DNA of 64,000 nt from Octopus sinensis (lineage: Eukaryota). The translations under genes were made by a program, and so were the position numbers. The stretch is from NCBI RefSeq assembly GCF_006345805.1, contig NC_043000.1, forward strand, positions 114,638,001 through 114,702,000, given 5' to 3'. The stretch's first letter is position 1; each line of letters begins with the position of its first letter. This document shows positions 63,852 through 64,000 of this stretch, piece by piece. The notes below the pieces were generated by a model. That model saw nothing but the letters and a program-made list of their open reading frames with translations, had not been told where the DNA came from and ran no database searches.

Positions 63852-63953
63852 CTGTGATTCCACTGCACCTCTTAAGTGTCCATAGCTTGCACTGGGTGCA
63901 TCAAATGGAATTCTTTCCAACAACTTTCCTACATATTGAACAGAGCCATTTAC
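63852..63953 (-). CDS. Probable 102-nt phase 0-0 coding exon of the host gene
   Basis: ctttcattccatcag|GTAAATGGC...GAATCACAG|gtaggt; encodes VNGSVQYVGKLLERIPFDAPSASYGHLRGAVESQ. Confidence 0.6.
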
Positions 63954-64000
63954 CTGATGGAATGAAAGCATTAACTGCTTACATGCTAACAACAATTTTG

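Overview
Repeat-dense eukaryotic genomic DNA, most likely from an octopus (inferred from the tRNA-derived SINE families, very long TA/CA microsatellites and the TE mix; not confirmed by a database search). There is no prokaryotic content, and almost all ORF-track entries are microsatellite read-throughs. Recognisable content: (1) a nearly full-length but frameshifted HERO-like RT/restriction-like-endonuclease (REL) non-LTR element (about 3.9-7.4 kb, minus) and an older HERO fragment (37.7-38.6 kb); (2) three R4/Dong-like insertions stacked in one (TAA)n microsatellite (18.7-22.0 kb), one of them internally deleted with both ends kept; (3) an 8.1-kb Helitron-bounded block (40065-48203) that splits a SINE in two and contains a decayed RepHel gene, a foldback and a 1.9-kb A4T4-phased satellite; (4) non-autonomous Helitrons, a Helentron-type HINE, mariner/Tc1 MITEs, RTE and pogo relics; (5) dozens of SINEs in four modular families, including concatemers and chimeras; (6) Penelope-type fragments with minimal hammerhead-like motifs; (7) a near-identical 525-bp triplication, each copy with a 15-nt microexon-like signature; (8) probable exons of an unidentified minus-strand host gene at 59-64 kb; (9) one 100-N assembly gap. 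All family assignments come from motif recognition by eye; no searches or folding calculations were run.
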